Below are positions 62,601 through 64,000 of a DNA stretch of 64,000 nucleotides, one piece after another. The notes below the pieces were generated by a model. It made no database searches. It was not told where the DNA came from and saw nothing but the letters and a program-made list of their open reading frames with translations. Numbering within the stretch: position 1 is the first letter of the stretch; the number at the start of each line of letters is the position of its first letter. Source of the DNA: Antedon mediterranea (lineage: Eukaryota; Animalia; Echinodermata); NCBI RefSeq assembly GCF_964355755.1, contig NC_092674.1, positions 23,932,001-23,996,000 on the forward strand. The letters run 5' to 3'. Made by a program: the position numbers and the translations under genes.

Positions 62601-64000
62601 TATATAAAGTGATGCAAGTACTTGATTACAGTATCTATAGGAGGAAATAGCAACACATACAGATTATATAAAGTGATGCAGGTACTTGATTACAGTATCT
62701 ATAGGAGGAAATAGCAACACATACAGATTATATAAAGTGATGCAGGTACTTGATTACAGTATCTATAGGAGGAAATAGCAACACATACAGATTATATAAA
62801 GTGATGCAGGTACTTGATTACAGTATCTATAGGAGGAAATAGCAACACATACAGATTATATAAAGTGATGCAGGTACTTGATTACAGTATCTATAGGAGG
62901 AAATAGCAACACATACAGATTATATAAAGTGATGCAGGTACTTGATTACAGTATCTATAGGAGGAAATAGCAACACATACAGATTATATAAAGTGATGCA
63001 GATACTTGATTACAGTATCTATAGGAGGAAATAGCAACACATACAGATTATATAAAGTGATGCAGGTACTTGATTACAGTATCTATAGGAGGAAATAGCA
63101 ACACATACAGATTATATAAAGTGATGCAGGTACTTGATTACAGTATCTATAGGAGGAAATAGCAACACATACAGATTACATAAAGTGATGCAGGTACTTG
63201 ATTACAGTATCTATAGGAGGAAATAGCAACACATACAGATTATATAAAGAGATGCAGGTACTTGATTACAGTATCTATAGGAGGAAATAGCAACACATAC
63301 AGATTATATAAAGTGATGCAGGTACTTGATTACAGTATCTATAGGAGGAAATAGCAACACATACAGATTATATAAAGTGATGCAGGTACTTGATTACAGT
63401 ATCTATAGGAGGAAATGGCAAAAAATACATGTTATATAAAGAGATGCAGGTAGTGATTACAGTATCTATAGGAGGAAATAGCAACACATACAGATTATAT
63501 AAAGTGATGCAGGTACTTGATTACAGTATCTATAGGAGGAAATAGCAACACATACAGATTATATAAAGTGATGCAGGTACTTGATTACAGTATCTATAGG
63601 AGGAAATAGCAACACATACAGATTATATAAAGTGATGCAGGTACTTGATTACAGTATCTATAGGAGGAAATAGCAACACATACAGATAATATAAAGTGAT
63701 GCATGTACTTGATTACAGTATCTATAGGAGGAAATAGCAACACATACAGATTATATAAAGTGATGCAGGTACTTGATTACAGTATCTATAGGAGGAAATA
63801 GCAACACATACAGATTATATAAAGTGATGCAGGTACTTGATTACAGTATCTATATGAGGAAATAGCAACACATACAGATTATATAAAGTGATGCATGTAC
63901 TTGATTACAGTATCTATAGGAGGAAATAGCAACACATACAGATTATATAAAGTGATGCATGTACTTGATTACAGTATCTATAGGAGGAAATAGCAACACA
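59660..64000. repeat. 64-bp tandem satellite, at least ~67 copies, runs off the window end
   Basis: Unit gattatataaagtgatgcaggtacttgattacagtatctataggaggaaatagcaacacataca (e.g. starts at 59911 and 59975); only a few recurring variants. Confidence 0.98.

Noticed and set aside
59660-64000. CRISPR-like array
   Set aside because: Units are contiguous with no unique spacers, there are no cas genes, and the context is eukaryotic; it is a satellite.

Overview
AT-rich, intron-rich animal genomic DNA. It is probably a marine invertebrate, possibly an echinoderm; this is inferred from gene content and repeat style. Five spliced genes lie on the + strand: the 3' end of an NXPE-family gene, HAUS2 (5 exons), UTP18 (13 exons), a two-exon BK-channel beta-subunit (CaKB/KCNMB)-like gene, and the first 20 coding exons of NUP98-NUP96, including the FG repeats, GLEBS motif, autoprotease domain and HF|S cleavage site. 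The most unusual item is a 569-aa gene nested antisense in a 9.5-kb NUP98 intron. It has an intronless CDS and joins a ZAK/MLK-like TKL kinase domain (no glycine loop, non-RD) to an NHL-like beta-propeller. Introns and intergenic DNA hold many non-autonomous DNA transposons: CAG/CAT-ended elements with 5-, 6- and 8-bp TSDs, TA-, TWA- and TTAA-target MITEs, and nested stacks. There are also tRNA-derived SINEs, a 5S-derived SINE-like sequence, a tRNA-like gene, and 17-, 20- and 64-bp tandem arrays. No CRISPR array or prokaryotic system is supported.
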